Source: Bradymonadia bacterium (GTDB lineage Bacteria; Myxococcota_A; Bradymonadia; UBA7976; UBA1532). From it: a stretch of DNA of 39,487 nucleotides. How positions within the stretch are numbered: the first letter of the stretch is position 1; the number at the start of each line of letters is the position of its first letter. The notes below the pieces were generated by a model. That model ran no database searches and was not told the DNA's origin. It saw only the letters and a program-made list of their open reading frames with translations. This document shows, one piece after another, positions 1-7,371 of this stretch. Both the position numbers and the translations under genes were made by a program. The stretch spans positions 1 to 39,487 of the forward strand of contig JBNMOZ010000001.1 of assembly GCA_051276005.1 (NCBI GenBank), given 5' to 3'.

Positions 1-545
1 GTGGCGTGGCCTTGCAGGGGCCGTGCAACCGCGTGTTGATCGCGACCCCACTGGGCATACCGGCGTCGGATCAGTTTCCGGACGGCTGCGGTTTGCATTG
101 CGTCGCGGTGCCCATGCCGGGCGCTGGACCAGATCCGCACGCCAAGACGGGCGACCGTAAGCTGGCGGTCGCGGCGAGCCTCGCCGCCGAGGCGGCTGGC
201 TTCTATGAAGCGTTACGGGTCGATCCTGCCGGGCGGGTGCTCGAGGGCGCGACGAGTACGGTCTTCGCCGTGCGTGATGGCGTGCTCATCACGCCGCCGC
301 TCGACGTGGGCGTGCTCGCGGGCATCACCCGCGCCAAGGTGCTGTCGATCGCGAAGGCGCACGGGATGCCGGTGACGTTGCGCACGTTCCTGCGCTCTGA
401 GTTGCCCGAGCTCAGCGAGCTGTTCATCACCTCGACCTGCCGCGGGGTGGTGCCGGTCAATCGGGTAGACGATCTGCGCTACGCGGCGCCGGGGCCCGTC
501 ACGAGGCAGATCGCGGCTGCCTATCGGGGAATGTTGGGCGCCTGA
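1..545 (+). CDS. Class IV aminotransferase family protein (branched-chain aminotransferase / aminodeoxychorismate lyase-like), 5'-truncated by the window edge
   Basis: The C-terminal two thirds match the fold-type IV pattern: EGATSTVFAVRDGVLITPP..GVLAGITRAKVL..A...G..V......EL....ELFITSTCRGVVPV..VD. The frame stays open to position 1. Stop TGA at 543-545. Confidence 0.7.
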   Translation, partial: GVALQGPCNRVLIATPLGIPASDQFPDGCGLHCVAVPMPGAGPDPHAKTGDRKLAVAASLAAEAAGFYEALRVDPAGRVLEGATSTVFAVRDGVLITPPLDVGVLAGITRAKVLSIAKAHGMPVTLRTFLRSELPELSELFITSTCRGVVPVNRVDDLRYAAPGPVTRQIAAAYRGMLGA

Positions 546-1042
546 GCCGCGAGCTGCTTGAGCCGAGTTGCGCTGAACCGCCACGGAATCCAGCCACTCT
601 GCGGCGCCGCGCCCAAGCGGTCATAGAAGCCGATTGCGCGGGCGTTCCAGTCGAGCACCTGCCAGTCCATGCGCGCACATCCGCGATTCAGAGCAATTTG
701 TGCGAGCCGGATCATCAAGGCGCGCCCGACGCCCGTGCTTCGGCTGCTGGGGCCGACGAACAGATCTTCGAGGTAGAGACTCGGTCGGCCCGTCCACGTG
801 GAGTACGTCTGCGTGTAGACGGCCATACCCACCGACTCACCACCTTGGTCGGCGATGAGCGCTTCAAAGGGCGGTCGCTCCGCGCGCAGCTGGTCACGAA
901 TGAGCGCGGGCGTGGTCTTTACGGCGTGGGCATCGCGCTCGAACGCCGCGAGCGCATGGATCATGCGGCAGAGGATGGGTGCGTCATCCGGGCCGGCGAA
1001 GCGAACCTCGACGGCAGGGGCAGGGGCAGGGGTGTCTTCCAT
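521..1042 (-). CDS. GNAT family N-acetyltransferase (diamine/SSAT-like)
   Basis: Acetyl-CoA binding block LYLEDLFV....RSTGVGRALMIRLAQIALNRGCARMDWQVLDWNARAIGFYDRLGA is typical of GNAT motif A/B. It overlaps the 3' end of the convergent aminotransferase by 25 nt. Confidence 0.75.
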   Translation of the reverse strand: MEDTPAPAPAVEVRFAGPDDAPILCRMIHALAAFERDAHAVKTTPALIRDQLRAERPPFEALIADQGGESVGMAVYTQTYSTWTGRPSLYLEDLFVGPSSRSTGVGRALMIRLAQIALNRGCARMDWQVLDWNARAIGFYDRLGAAPQSGWIPWRFSATRLKQLAAQAPNIPR

Positions 1043-1199
1043 GCGTCACCGTAGCGAGGCTCGTGGTCCGTCGCAGGAGTTTTGACGCGCTGAACCACTC
1101 AAAGCAGGCCGCCAATTGGGCGCCGCGTGCCCGCTCGACGCAGACGTAGCCCAGCGTCAAGGTCTCGATGTGCCCGCGTGGCGGGTCGAGTGACGCTCT

Positions 1200-1598
1200 A
1201 TGCCGGCGTATGTCGGCATGCGAAAACGCCGACATGTAGCCGAGTTGTTCGCCCTGCATGAAGTGGACACCCATGGCCGAGCGCGGTACTCGAATTGGGT
1301 GACTACCAGCATCCTATATGTCGTGCTGCTGCTGTTCCTCTTCGCGGGGATGGCGGTCTGGCTGCGTCGCTTCTCGGGTGGACTGCCCGGCGGAGAAGGC
1401 ATCGCAGTGCGTGGGCACCGACGCCTCGATGCCCAGCATCGCCTGTGGATCATCGAAGTTGACGGGCGTCGTCTGCTGGTCGGTGGCGGGCGTGAAGGCG
1501 TGCGATTAGTGCAGGACCTGGGCCAGCGGGATCTGCGACAGCCGCATCTGGTTGCTCAGGATCGGCCTGTCGAAGAGCCCGGATTGGCGAACCCATGA
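1200..1598 (+). CDS. FliO-like flagellar biosynthesis protein (single-pass membrane protein)
   Basis: One N-terminal TM (ILYVVLLLFLFAGMAVWL) is followed by RRF....G.GIAVRGHRRLDAQHRLWIIEVDGRRLLVGGGREGVRLV. This matches the FliO pattern of a TM followed by a conserved block ending in vvevggr.lllGvt. The stop overlaps the fliP start (ATGA at 1595-1598). The start is uncertain: ATG 1200 or 1218, or GTG 1299 directly before the TM. Confidence 0.5.
   Translation: MPAYVGMRKRRHVAELFALHEVDTHGRARYSNWVTTSILYVVLLLFLFAGMAVWLRRFSGGLPGGEGIAVRGHRRLDAQHRLWIIEVDGRRLLVGGGREGVRLVQDLGQRDLRQPHLVAQDRPVEEPGLANP
1210..1235. repeat. Perfect 8-bp inverted repeat (ATGTCGGC N10 GCCGACAT) overlapping a second 6-bp inverted repeat (ATGCCG 1200-1205 / CGGCAT 1214-1219)
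   Basis: Read directly from the sequence. The two stems share nt 1214-1217, so they are mutually exclusive. They lie in the lower-GC divergent region between the GNAT gene and the fliO-like gene and cover the two candidate ATG starts (1200, 1218). Confidence 0.6.
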
Positions 1599-2266
1599 GG
1601 GCTGCCCTCGCCGTGCTCTTCGTGGCGTCGCCCGCCTATGCCGCTGACGACGATCGGTTGCTCCTCTGGCTGGTCGTTGGCTCAGCGCTCCCGCTGCTCG
1701 CGGTCTGCGCGACTGCCTTCGCCAAAGCCTTGGTTCTCTTGGGAATCCTTCGCGGCGGACTCGGCGCACAAGGCGCCCTGCCCATCGTCGTGATCACCGG
1801 ACTCGCCGCCCTGCTCGCGCTGCTGGTCATGGCCCCGGTCGGGCGCCAGATGCTCGACGCCGTGGGCGATCTGCCCGTCGACACCGTTGTCAGTTGGAGC
1901 ACTGCCGCCGAGCGCGCCTGGCCCCCGCTTGAAGGCTTCCTGCTCGCGCACACCGATGCCGAGCAGACGGCGCTGATCCGTGAGGTCTCGGTGGGGCTCG
2001 ACGCGACGGTCGCCGCCGCGCCGGTCTCGCCCATCGATCGTATCGTCGCGTTCGTCATCTCGGAGTTGGGCGCCGCGTTCCAGCTCGGCGTGCTGCTGTT
2101 GCTGCCCTTCCTCATCGTCGACCTGCTCGTCGCGAACACCCTCGTGACCGTGGGCTTCGCGCTGCTGCCCCCCGCCGCCATCGCGCTGCCCTTCAAGCTG
2201 CTGCTCTTCGTCGCGGCCGATGGGTGGGGCCTGTTCGTGCGCGGTTTCGCCGCGGGGTACGGCTGA
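1595..2266 (+). CDS. fliP: FliP/SctR family type III export-gate protein
   Basis: Signature blocks are present: TAFAKALVLLGILRGGLGAQGALP..VITGLAALLALLVMAPV and AFVISELGAAFQLGVLLLLPFLIVDLLVANTLV....LPPAAIALPFKLLLFVAADGW. An N-terminal signal-like segment ends in AYA. Confidence 0.85.
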   Translation: MRAALAVLFVASPAYAADDDRLLLWLVVGSALPLLAVCATAFAKALVLLGILRGGLGAQGALPIVVITGLAALLALLVMAPVGRQMLDAVGDLPVDTVVSWSTAAERAWPPLEGFLLAHTDAEQTALIREVSVGLDATVAAAPVSPIDRIVAFVISELGAAFQLGVLLLLPFLIVDLLVANTLVTVGFALLPPAAIALPFKLLLFVAADGWGLFVRGFAAGYG

Positions 2267-2517
2267 TGGAGGGGCAGAGCCTTGTGCTGCGCGCCCTCGA
2301 ACTGACGGCGTTGCTGGCGCTGCCGATCGTCGCCGCGAACCTGGCTGCGGGGGTCATCGCGGGGGTGCTGCAATCCATCACAGGTTGGCAGGACGCGGCG
2401 TTGTCGCAGGTGCCGCGGCTGATCATCGTCGTGCTCGTTCTGGTCCCGCTGTGGCCGTGGATGGCGAGCGAGGTTGTCGAGTTTGCCCGGCTCGCTTGGG
2501 GCGCCCCGACCCCATGA
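2266..2517 (+). CDS. fliQ: FliQ/SctS family type III export-gate protein (83 aa)
   Basis: Two-TM hairpin with GVIAGVLQSITGWQDAALSQVPRLIIVVLVLVPLWPWM, matching the FliQ core pattern (QA.TqiqEqTLsFvPKl....l...gpWm). The internal ATG at 2266 overlaps the fliP stop by 1 nt (TGATG). The track ORF start at 2224 lies inside fliP. Confidence 0.8.
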   Translation: MEGQSLVLRALELTALLALPIVAANLAAGVIAGVLQSITGWQDAALSQVPRLIIVVLVLVPLWPWMASEVVEFARLAWGAPTP

Positions 2518-3134
2518 CGGGCGTCATCAGCTGGGCGATCTGTGCCCGCGTCGTGCCCGCCATCGCGCTCTTGCCGCTCGGCGGATGGGTCGTTCGTCTT
2601 CTGCTGGCCATCGGCGCGACGGTCTTCTTGAGCGCGCGCCTGCCTGCGGGTCCGCCTTTGACCATCGGCATGCTGCTGGGCGAGATCGCCCTGGGCGCGA
2701 GCATGGGGCTGTTGGCGGGGCTGCCGGTGTACGCGGCGATGGCGATCCGGGGCACAGGCCCAGCGGCGTTGTCGTTCGCAGGCCGCACCTGGGCGTGGGC
2801 CATCTTCTTCGCGATTGGAGGCCCGGCGCTCTGGCTCGGAGCGATGGGCGACAGCTTCACCAGCCTGCCGCCCGACGCTTGGATCGAGGCCGACGCCCTC
2901 GCACGGGTGGGTGGCACCGTGTTCTACGGCGCGCTGGTGCTGGGCCTGCCGACCTGGCTCGTCAGCGTGGCGCTGGGTCCGATCGCGGGCATGATCGATC
3001 GTCTCGGTGGCGCCCGGCATGGTCAGGTATTGTGGTCGACGCGCGGCTGGTGGGCGGTGGTGGTCTTGATCCTGCTGCTGCCCGTGCTGCTCGATGTGCT
3101 CGCCGATGTGTGGCGCGCGGCGCTCGCAGGCTAA
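2514..3134 (+). CDS. fliR: FliR/SctT-like type III export-gate protein (short, 206 aa)
   Basis: Polytopic membrane protein in the canonical position after fliQ. Its start ATG overlaps the fliQ stop (ATGA 2514-2517). The Gly/Ala-rich helices (LGEIALGASMGLLAGLPVYAAMAIRG) are compatible with FliR. It is shorter than my recollection of typical FliR length. The upstream 98 codons of track ORF 2220..3134 overlap fliP/fliQ and were discarded. Confidence 0.6.
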   Translation: MTGVISWAICARVVPAIALLPLGGWVVRLLLAIGATVFLSARLPAGPPLTIGMLLGEIALGASMGLLAGLPVYAAMAIRGTGPAALSFAGRTWAWAIFFAIGGPALWLGAMGDSFTSLPPDAWIEADALARVGGTVFYGALVLGLPTWLVSVALGPIAGMIDRLGGARHGQVLWSTRGWWAVVVLILLLPVLLDVLADVWRAALAG

Positions 3135-3145
3135 GGAGGCTGGTG

Positions 3146-3559
3146 ATGGAGATCGTCGTCGCGACCATGGCCGTGCTGCGTGAGGGCGACTCGATCCTCA
3201 TGCTCCAACGCCGCCCCGACGATCGGTGGTTTGCGGGCAGCTGGTGCTTCCCGGGCGGCCGCGTCGACGAGGGTGAAGACGTCCGCGCCGCGTTGCGTCG
3301 CGAGATTCAAGAAGAGACGGGGCTCGAAGGTGTCGAAATTACAGATGAGTTCGGCATGATGGAGAGCCCGTGGCCGGCGCGTGGCCGCGTGTATCGAGTG
3401 CATTGCTTCGGCGGCATCGCGACCCGACGCGGCGTTCGCTTGTCAGAGGAGCACAGCGCTGCCCGATGGGTCGCGTCGCGCGCCGAAGCACCGACCCCGC
3501 TCGCCGGGCACATCACCCAGCACCTGCTGCGGATATCGCTCCCAAAAAATGACAGCTGA
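3146..3559 (+). CDS. NUDIX hydrolase (MutT-like, 137 aa)
   Basis: Nudix box GGRVDEGEDVRAALRREIQEETGL (GX5EX7REUXEEXGU). AAGGAGG at 3133-3139 lies 6 nt before the ATG at 3146. The track ORF 2474..3559 is an artefactual 5' extension across fliR. Confidence 0.85.
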   Translation: MEIVVATMAVLREGDSILMLQRRPDDRWFAGSWCFPGGRVDEGEDVRAALRREIQEETGLEGVEITDEFGMMESPWPARGRVYRVHCFGGIATRRGVRLSEEHSAARWVASRAEAPTPLAGHITQHLLRISLPKNDS

Positions 3560-3608
3560 AGACGATTGTTGTTGATGAACATCACGGCTGGTGAAGCGTG
3601 TTCCCCTA

Positions 3609-3614
3609 TATAAT
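3609..3614 (+). promoter_or_regulatory. Consensus TATAAT hexamer 5 nt upstream of the ATG at 3620 (possible -10 element of a leaderless or near-leaderless transcript)
   Basis: Exact TATAAT sits in the only AT-rich stretch of this region (about 3541-3620). There is no SD sequence between it and the ATG. No convincing TTGACA-like -35 lies 16-18 nt upstream (GGCTGG). Confidence 0.3.
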
Positions 3615-3619
3615 GCGGC

Positions 3620-4141
3620 ATGTCCGAAACGCCTCGCCGCCCAAAAAAAACGACCCGCACCCTCGCTAACCGGCGCATCGTCGGCTGGCGTGAATGGGTC
3701 GGTTTGCCCGACCTGGGCGTCGACGCCATCAAGGCCAAGATCGACACCGGCGCCCGCAGCTCTGCGCTGCACGTCTTCGATATCGAGCCCTTCACGGTAG
3801 ACGGCCGCGCCATGGTGCGCTTCGTCGTCGCCACCGCCCAACGCACCCGAAGGGGCTCGATCCCGGCCGAAGCAGAGCAGATCGACGAACGCGTCGTGCG
3901 CTCCTCGGGCGGGCATGAACAGCAGCGCCCGGTGATCCTCACCCACCTCACCTGGGGCGGTGAGACCTGGCCCATTGAACTGACCCTGACACGGCGCGAT
4001 GAGATGGGCTTCCGCCTGCTTATCGGCCGCCAGGCGCTGCGCAAGCGGCTTCTTGTTGACCCCGGTCGCTCATTCTTGGGCCGGCCATCGCACGCTCCGT
4101 CCAATCCCCATGGGCCCGAAAGGCCCAGAAAGACTTCATGA
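3620..4141 (+). CDS. RimK-associated retropepsin-like aspartic protease (PF05618 'ATP-dependent zinc protease' family, RimB-like)
   Basis: [29 protein letters not shown] (DTG(A) retropepsin motif) and a C-terminal ...[20 protein letters not shown]. The stop overlaps the rimK start (ATGA 4138-4141). Confidence 0.75.
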   Translation: MSETPRRPKKTTRTLANRRIVGWREWVGLPDLGVDAIKAKIDTGARSSALHVFDIEPFTVDGRAMVRFVVATAQRTRRGSIPAEAEQIDERVVRSSGGHEQQRPVILTHLTWGGETWPIELTLTRRDEMGFRLLIGRQALRKRLLVDPGRSFLGRPSHAPSNPHGPERPRKTS

Positions 4142-5040
4142 AGATCAATATCCTTTCGCGCAAAGCATCGCTGTATTCCACCGCCCGTCTGGTCGAAGCC
4201 GCACAGGCCCATGGCTGCGAGGTCGCGGTCGTCGACTACCTGCGCTGCTACATGAACATCACGTCGAGTCGCCCGGCGGTCATCTATCAGGGCAAGTCGA
4301 TCGAGTGTGACGCGATCATCCCTCGCATTGGCGCCAGCCACACGTTCTACGGCTGCTCGGTGGTGCGGCAGTTCGAGATGATGAACGTCTTCTCGGCCAA
4401 TGAGTCGCAGGCGATCGCCCGCTCGCGCGACAAGCTGCGATCGCTGCAGTTGCTCTCGCGCTTGGGCATCGGCATCCCGGTCACCAGCTTCGCCCACTCC
4501 ACCCGCGACATCGACGGCCTGATCGACATCGTGGGCGGCGCGCCGCTTATCGTAAAGCTGCTCGAGGGCACCCAGGGCGCCGGCGTCGTGCTCGCCGAGA
4601 CCCGCAAGGCGGCCGAGTCGGTCATCAGCGCGTTTCGCCAACTCGACGCCAACATTTTGGTGCAGCGGTTCGTCAAGGAAGCCGACGGCGCCGACATTCG
4701 CGCGTTCGTGGTGGGCGGTAAGGTCATCGCGGCGATGGAACGCAAGGCCAAGGAAGGTGAGTTTCGTGCGAACCTGCACCTGGGCGGCAGCGCGCGGCCC
4801 ATCGATCTGACGGACGCCGAGACTGAGACGGCGATCGCGGCGGCAAAGGGGCTTGGATTGGGCGTCTCGGGGGTCGACATTCTGCGGGGCTCCGACGGCC
4901 CGTTGGTCATCGAGGTCAACTCCTCGCCAGGCCTCGAAGGCATCGAGCGGTCAACGGGCATCGACGTCGCCGGCGCGGTGATCGAGTACATCATGAGCAA
5001 CGCCAAGACCGGCGGCGGTCGTGACTCCATTGGCGCGTGA
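4138..5040 (+). CDS. rimK: RimK family alpha-L-glutamate ligase (ribosomal protein S6 glutamyl ligase, ATP-grasp)
   Basis: Near full-length textbook similarity: MKI.ILSR...LYST.RL.EAA...G......[102 protein letters not shown]...[22 protein letters not shown]. Confidence 0.92.
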   Translation: MKINILSRKASLYSTARLVEAAQAHGCEVAVVDYLRCYMNITSSRPAVIYQGKSIECDAIIPRIGASHTFYGCSVVRQFEMMNVFSANESQAIARSRDKLRSLQLLSRLGIGIPVTSFAHSTRDIDGLIDIVGGAPLIVKLLEGTQGAGVVLAETRKAAESVISAFRQLDANILVQRFVKEADGADIRAFVVGGKVIAAMERKAKEGEFRANLHLGGSARPIDLTDAETETAIAAAKGLGLGVSGVDILRGSDGPLVIEVNSSPGLEGIERSTGIDVAGAVIEYIMSNAKTGGGRDSIGA

Positions 5041-5989
5041 ACCCTTCAAGATCGCCGGGCAAACGGTCAGCCCCGGCAAACGCGCGTCGGTGGAGTTTCC
5101 CGTCGCGCGGCTGCCGGGCGAGTCGACGCCGCAGATGCTCCCGTGCGTCGTGCTGCACGGCAAGGAGCCGGGGCCGACGGTCTTCGTTTGTGGGGCGATT
5201 CATGGTGATGAGATCACAGGCACCGCGATCATTCGGCGCCTGATGGACGTGCTGTCGGCGCGTACGCTCGCCGGGACCGTGCTGTTGCTGCCGGTGGTCA
5301 ACCTGTTCGGGTTCACCCTCGACAGCCGGTACCTGCCGGATCGGCGCGACCTGAACCGATGCTTCCCCGGGTCGATGCGAGGCTCGCTGGGCGGTCGTCT
5401 GGCGCGGCTGTTCATGGATGAGGTGGTGGCCCGCTCCGACTATGGGCTCGATCTGCATTCGGGATCTGATCACCGCACGAACGCGCCCCAGATCCGCGCC
5501 GACCTCGACCAGCCTGAGCACCTCGCGTTGGCCAAGGCCTTCGGCGCAGGCATCGCCTTGCACGCCAAGCTGCGTGCAGGGTCGTTACGCGAAGCTGCGG
5601 GCAAGGTCGGCGTGCCGACGGTCACCTATGAAGGCGGCGTGGCGCAGCGCTTCGACGCGCACGCGATCGCGGTCGGGTTGCGCGGCGTGCAGCGGGTCCT
5701 CGCCCATGTTCGCGGTGATCCACCGGCGCCAATCCCCACCTGGATGGTCCGTAAAACCAAGTGGTTGCGCGCGCGGCGCAGCGGCATCTTCTGGCCGCAT
5801 GTCGAAGCTGGGGATCCCGTGGAGGAGGGCCAGCCGCTGGGTCGCCTGACCGATATCCTGGGCAAAGTCGACCTGCCCATCGTCGCACCGGCCGACGGCG
5901 TCGTTCTCGGCCTCAACCTGCACCCGCCAGTGCATCAGGGCGACGCGCTGATCAACCTCGGCATCGGATCCACGATCGACGATGACTGA
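5021..5989 (+). CDS. Succinylglutamate desuccinylase / aspartoacylase (AstE/AspA, M14-like Zn deacylase) family protein
   Basis: [17 protein letters not shown] (HxxE zinc site), NLFGF....[21 protein letters not shown], and [13 protein letters not shown]. It overlaps the rimK end by 20 nt if ATG 5021 is used (TTG 5030 is the alternative). Confidence 0.8.
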   Translation: MTPLAREPFKIAGQTVSPGKRASVEFPVARLPGESTPQMLPCVVLHGKEPGPTVFVCGAIHGDEITGTAIIRRLMDVLSARTLAGTVLLLPVVNLFGFTLDSRYLPDRRDLNRCFPGSMRGSLGGRLARLFMDEVVARSDYGLDLHSGSDHRTNAPQIRADLDQPEHLALAKAFGAGIALHAKLRAGSLREAAGKVGVPTVTYEGGVAQRFDAHAIAVGLRGVQRVLAHVRGDPPAPIPTWMVRKTKWLRARRSGIFWPHVEAGDPVEEGQPLGRLTDILGKVDLPIVAPADGVVLGLNLHPPVHQGDALINLGIGSTIDDD

Positions 5990-6773
5990 CCCCCGCCTCA
6001 ACGCGGCGCGTAAGGAGGGCCGCGGTCCTCGAGCGCCGGCCTATGTGGGGTGGTGGGTCACGCTCGGTGGGCTCGCGGGTGCAGGCCTCGGCGCCGCATC
6101 GACCCCCTGGCGAGACCTCGCAGCGCAGACCTTCGGCTTGGCGGGCGAGATGCCGAGCCTGACCCGGTATCTTCTGCCGGCCGTCTGCGGATGCGCCCTG
6201 GGCGCCCTGCTTGGGCTCGTCGGTGGGCAGCTCACGCTGGACACGCCCCATTTCGCTCTGCGCGGCAAAGCCCAACGCGGCACCGCGCCCCGGCAGACCG
6301 GGCTGGCTGCCTTGCTGATCGGGGTGATCGTGCTCGCGCTGCTGCCCACGCTCCTGCCGCCGCTAACGCGGGGCGATCCTGGCCGAGCGATCTGGATCAC
6401 ACCGGTCGCCGTCCTCATCGCGCTGATCATCGCAACCCTGCCGCTCGCCGCCTGGAGCCGCGCGCGGGCGCGGGCAAAGTTCAAAGACGTTGAGGCCCCT
6501 TGGCCGCCGCCGAGGCGCGACGACGACGCGATGCCGCCCGAGGTCAAGGCCGCGCTGGCTGCGGCCAGACACGGCGATCCGATCCAGATGGACCGCGTGA
6601 TCACTGATGGAGTCTATGCGGCTGCGATCATCGATGATCCGCCCACGGTGGTGGCCCACGGCGGGGCTCATCTCATCGCGATGGCCGAGGATGCCGGCGT
6701 GCCAATCGTCGTCGACACCGCGCGCGCGGCGACGCTGGCGGCGATCCCCACGGGCGGGCGGATCACGCGCTGA
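5982..6773 (+). CDS. Four-TM membrane protein with a FlhB/SctU C-terminal (Bac_export_2)-like domain lacking the NPTH autocleavage motif
   Basis: Four predicted TM helices lie within residues 21-158. The C-terminal segment DRVITDGVYAAAIIDDPPTVVAHGGAHLIAMAEDAGVPIVVDTARAATLAAIPTGGRI aligns by eye with the FlhB pattern adVVitNPTHyAVAL.Y.....aP.VVAKG.g.lAl.Ir..A.e.gVPi.e...LARaL......g..IP. The start overlaps the upstream stop (ATGACTGA, 8 nt). The ORF itself is solid; the family call is tentative. Confidence 0.45.
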   Translation: MTDPRLNAARKEGRGPRAPAYVGWWVTLGGLAGAGLGAASTPWRDLAAQTFGLAGEMPSLTRYLLPAVCGCALGALLGLVGGQLTLDTPHFALRGKAQRGTAPRQTGLAALLIGVIVLALLPTLLPPLTRGDPGRAIWITPVAVLIALIIATLPLAAWSRARARAKFKDVEAPWPPPRRDDDAMPPEVKAALAAARHGDPIQMDRVITDGVYAAAIIDDPPTVVAHGGAHLIAMAEDAGVPIVVDTARAATLAAIPTGGRITR

Positions 6774-7371
6774 GCTCAGGCTCCGGTGGCGGATGGGCTC
6801 GATACGGCGCCTGGGCCCGATACGGCGCGTAGGCGTAGTACTTCGGGTGCGGATCCAACCGCACATGCAGCCACGACACGCCCAACCCTGACGTGCTCAG
6901 CCAGAGCGTTCGGGTTTGCATCCAGCGCAGCGCTTCGTCCGCCACACATCGCCAGAGCGCGTGCATCTGGGCGCTCGAACCGTGCCGCAGAAAACGCGCG
7001 AGGTGCACGCCATCGGTCAGCTTGTCGCCGAGGCCAGGGGCCACCAACCGGCTGTGCCCGCCGAGGTTGTCGAACGCGCGGGCATCGTCTGCCGCCACCC
7101 CGTCGAGCGCGGCCTGGAACGGACCCGGGTCAGCGCTCAGAGCTGCGACGTGGGGGCTGTTGATCAGCGCGAATTCAAGGGGGTCTTCGCTCGACGAGGC
7201 GATCCCACGACACTCCCAAAACAGGCCCTCGAAAGGCGCCTCGGTGATGCATCGGGTCAGCGCGGTCCGGGCCCCAGCATCGTCGCGGAGCGCCTCAAGT
7301 GCGGCCTCAGCCGGCCGATCCGCGCGCCAGAGCTGCAGGCCGTCTTGATGCGCGATCCGATCAATCTGCAC
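6763..7371 (-). CDS. Conserved hypothetical protein (no family recognised)
   Basis: 202-aa ORF with plausible composition and a GTG start that overlaps the upstream ykgJ-like stop by 11 nt. The C-terminus carries a short APYRA duplication (YAPYRAQAPYRAH). Confidence 0.55.
   Translation of the reverse strand: MQIDRIAHQDGLQLWRADRPAEAALEALRDDAGARTALTRCITEAPFEGLFWECRGIASSSEDPLEFALINSPHVAALSADPGPFQAALDGVAADDARAFDNLGGHSRLVAPGLGDKLTDGVHLARFLRHGSSAQMHALWRCVADEALRWMQTRTLWLSTSGLGVSWLHVRLDPHPKYYAYAPYRAQAPYRAHPPPEPELSA

Noticed and set aside
984-1453. Minus-strand ORFs 984..1274 and 1157..1453 in the GNAT/fliO divergent region
   Set aside because: They overlap the GNAT start or the FliO-like ORF. Their translations have no signal or motif. 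The region is better explained as a promoter or leader with hairpins.
2220-3145. Long 5' extensions of the fliR ORF (from 2220) and the NUDIX ORF (from 2474)
   Set aside because: Both extensions overlap fliP/fliQ/fliR in other frames and translate to Arg/Gly-rich sequence. Internal ATGs at 2514 and 3146 give ATGA coupling or a consensus SD sequence.
3307-4779. 490-aa minus-strand ORF, among the longest ORFs in the track
   Set aside because: It is antisense to the unmistakable RimK and RimB-like genes. Its translation is Arg/Ala/Gly-rich with no recognisable motif. This is a typical high-GC shadow ORF.
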